Assembly: GCA_934502885.1 (NCBI GenBank)
Contig: CAKSUT010000001.1
Span: 143,814 to 207,813, forward strand
DNA: 64,000 bases
Source of the DNA: an uncultured Eubacteriales bacterium
GTDB lineage: Bacteria; Bacillota; Clostridia; Oscillospirales; CAG-382
Reading direction: 5' to 3'
Below are positions 63,361 to 64,000 of the stretch, in pieces. The notes beneath the pieces were generated by a model. The model was not told the origin of the DNA. It worked only from the letters and a program-made list of their open reading frames with translations, and searched no databases. The translations under genes were made by a program, and so were the position numbers. Position 1 is the first letter of the stretch. The number at the start of each line of letters is the position of its first letter.

Positions 63361-64000
63361 ATGGCAGACAAGAAAATCCCGACTTCAATCCCGATGGACG
63401 GAATCTATGATGCGAGAACGCTCGGAGTACCGAAGATGCTTCTTCTCGGTTTCCAGCATATGTTCGCAATGTTCGGTGCGACGGTACTCGTTCCGCTTCT
63501 CACAGGACTCGACGTTGCGACAACGCTTCTCATGGCAGGTCTCGGTACGCTCCTTTTCCACCTCATCACAAAAGGTAAAGTCCCGGCATTCCTCGGTTCG
63601 TCCTTTGCATTCCTCGGCGGTTACGCTTCGATAACAGGTCTTGCGGAATCGACGGGAATGTCTCAGAAAGAGCTTCTCCCCTACGCTTGCGTGGGCGTTT
63701 TCACGGCAGGTCTTGTTTACCTCATACTTGCAGGTCTCATCAAGGCTTTCGGCGTAAAGAAAGTAATGAGATTCTTCCCTCCGATAGTAACCGGACCCAT
63801 CATAATCTCGATAGGTCTGAGCCTTGCAGGCAGTGCAAAGACCAACTGCGACAAGAACTGGATAATCGCTCTTGTCGCACTCGGCATAGTAATCGCCTTC
63901 AACATCTGGGGCAAGGGAATGTGCAAGATAATCCCGATACTTCTCGGTGTAGTCGGCTCGGTTGCAATAGCGGTAATCCTCGCTTTCGCTTGCGGTCAGA
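63361..64000 (+). CDS. pyrP: uracil permease (NCS2 family), 5' part; continues beyond the window end
   Basis: ATG 63361 has GGAGGT 7 nt upstream. The product reads MADKKIPTSIPMDGIYDARTLGVPKMLLLGFQHMFAMFGATVLVPLL.., typical of UraA/PyrP. It is not in the track because it runs off the window. Confidence 0.85.
   Translation, partial: MADKKIPTSIPMDGIYDARTLGVPKMLLLGFQHMFAMFGATVLVPLLTGLDVATTLLMAGLGTLLFHLITKGKVPAFLGSSFAFLGGYASITGLAESTGMSQKELLPYACVGVFTAGLVYLILAGLIKAFGVKKVMRFFPPIVTGPIIISIGLSLAGSAKTNCDKNWIIALVALGIVIAFNIWGKGMCKIIPILLGVVGSVAIAVILAFACGQ

Overview
This is a 64-kb chromosomal segment from a Firmicutes/Clostridia-type genome. That assignment is inferred from the rimP-nusA-ylxR-ylxQ-infB-rbfA gene order, GGAGG-type ribosome-binding sites, near-consensus sigma-A promoters, and dockerin, SLH and Cu-amine-oxidase-N1-like surface modules. 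A Ruminococcaceae/Oscillospiraceae-like anaerobe is my unverified guess.

Housekeeping blocks:
- two tRNA-Ser genes
- murA
- the nusA/infB operon
- valS
- the start of the pyrR-pyrP operon

Accessory loci between them:
- Four very large secreted proteins, each with a different attachment solution: 1067 aa (Cu_amine_oxidN1-like C-terminus), about 1170 aa (dockerin), about 2490 aa (no recognisable anchor), and about 1470 aa (SLH).
- A two-gene Wzy_C-like/WG-repeat cassette bracketed by identical terminator copies.
- A NusG_II / Gx-transporter / ApbE trio.
- Two AraC-controlled FAD-oxidoreductase modules.
- A patch of small unassignable membrane proteins.

I found no rRNA, CRISPR array, integrase, transposase, phage gene or recognisable defence system.

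The best candidates for undescribed biology are listed below. All are hypotheses from reading the sequence; no database search was possible.
1. The 7.5-kb gene built from duplicated unassigned CBM-like and beta-helix modules, together with its dockerin-bearing paralogue.
2. The compositionally chimeric SLH-TSP3-VWA-lipase protein.
3. The translationally coupled Wzy_C-like/WG-repeat pair.
4. The NusG_II-Gx-ApbE trio, which has no flavinylation substrate in view.
5. The ferredoxin/FAD-oxidoreductase and SDR/AraC-GyrI/FAD-oxidoreductase modules.

Many long ORFs in the supplied track are codon-aligned antisense shadows of real genes, and I rejected them.
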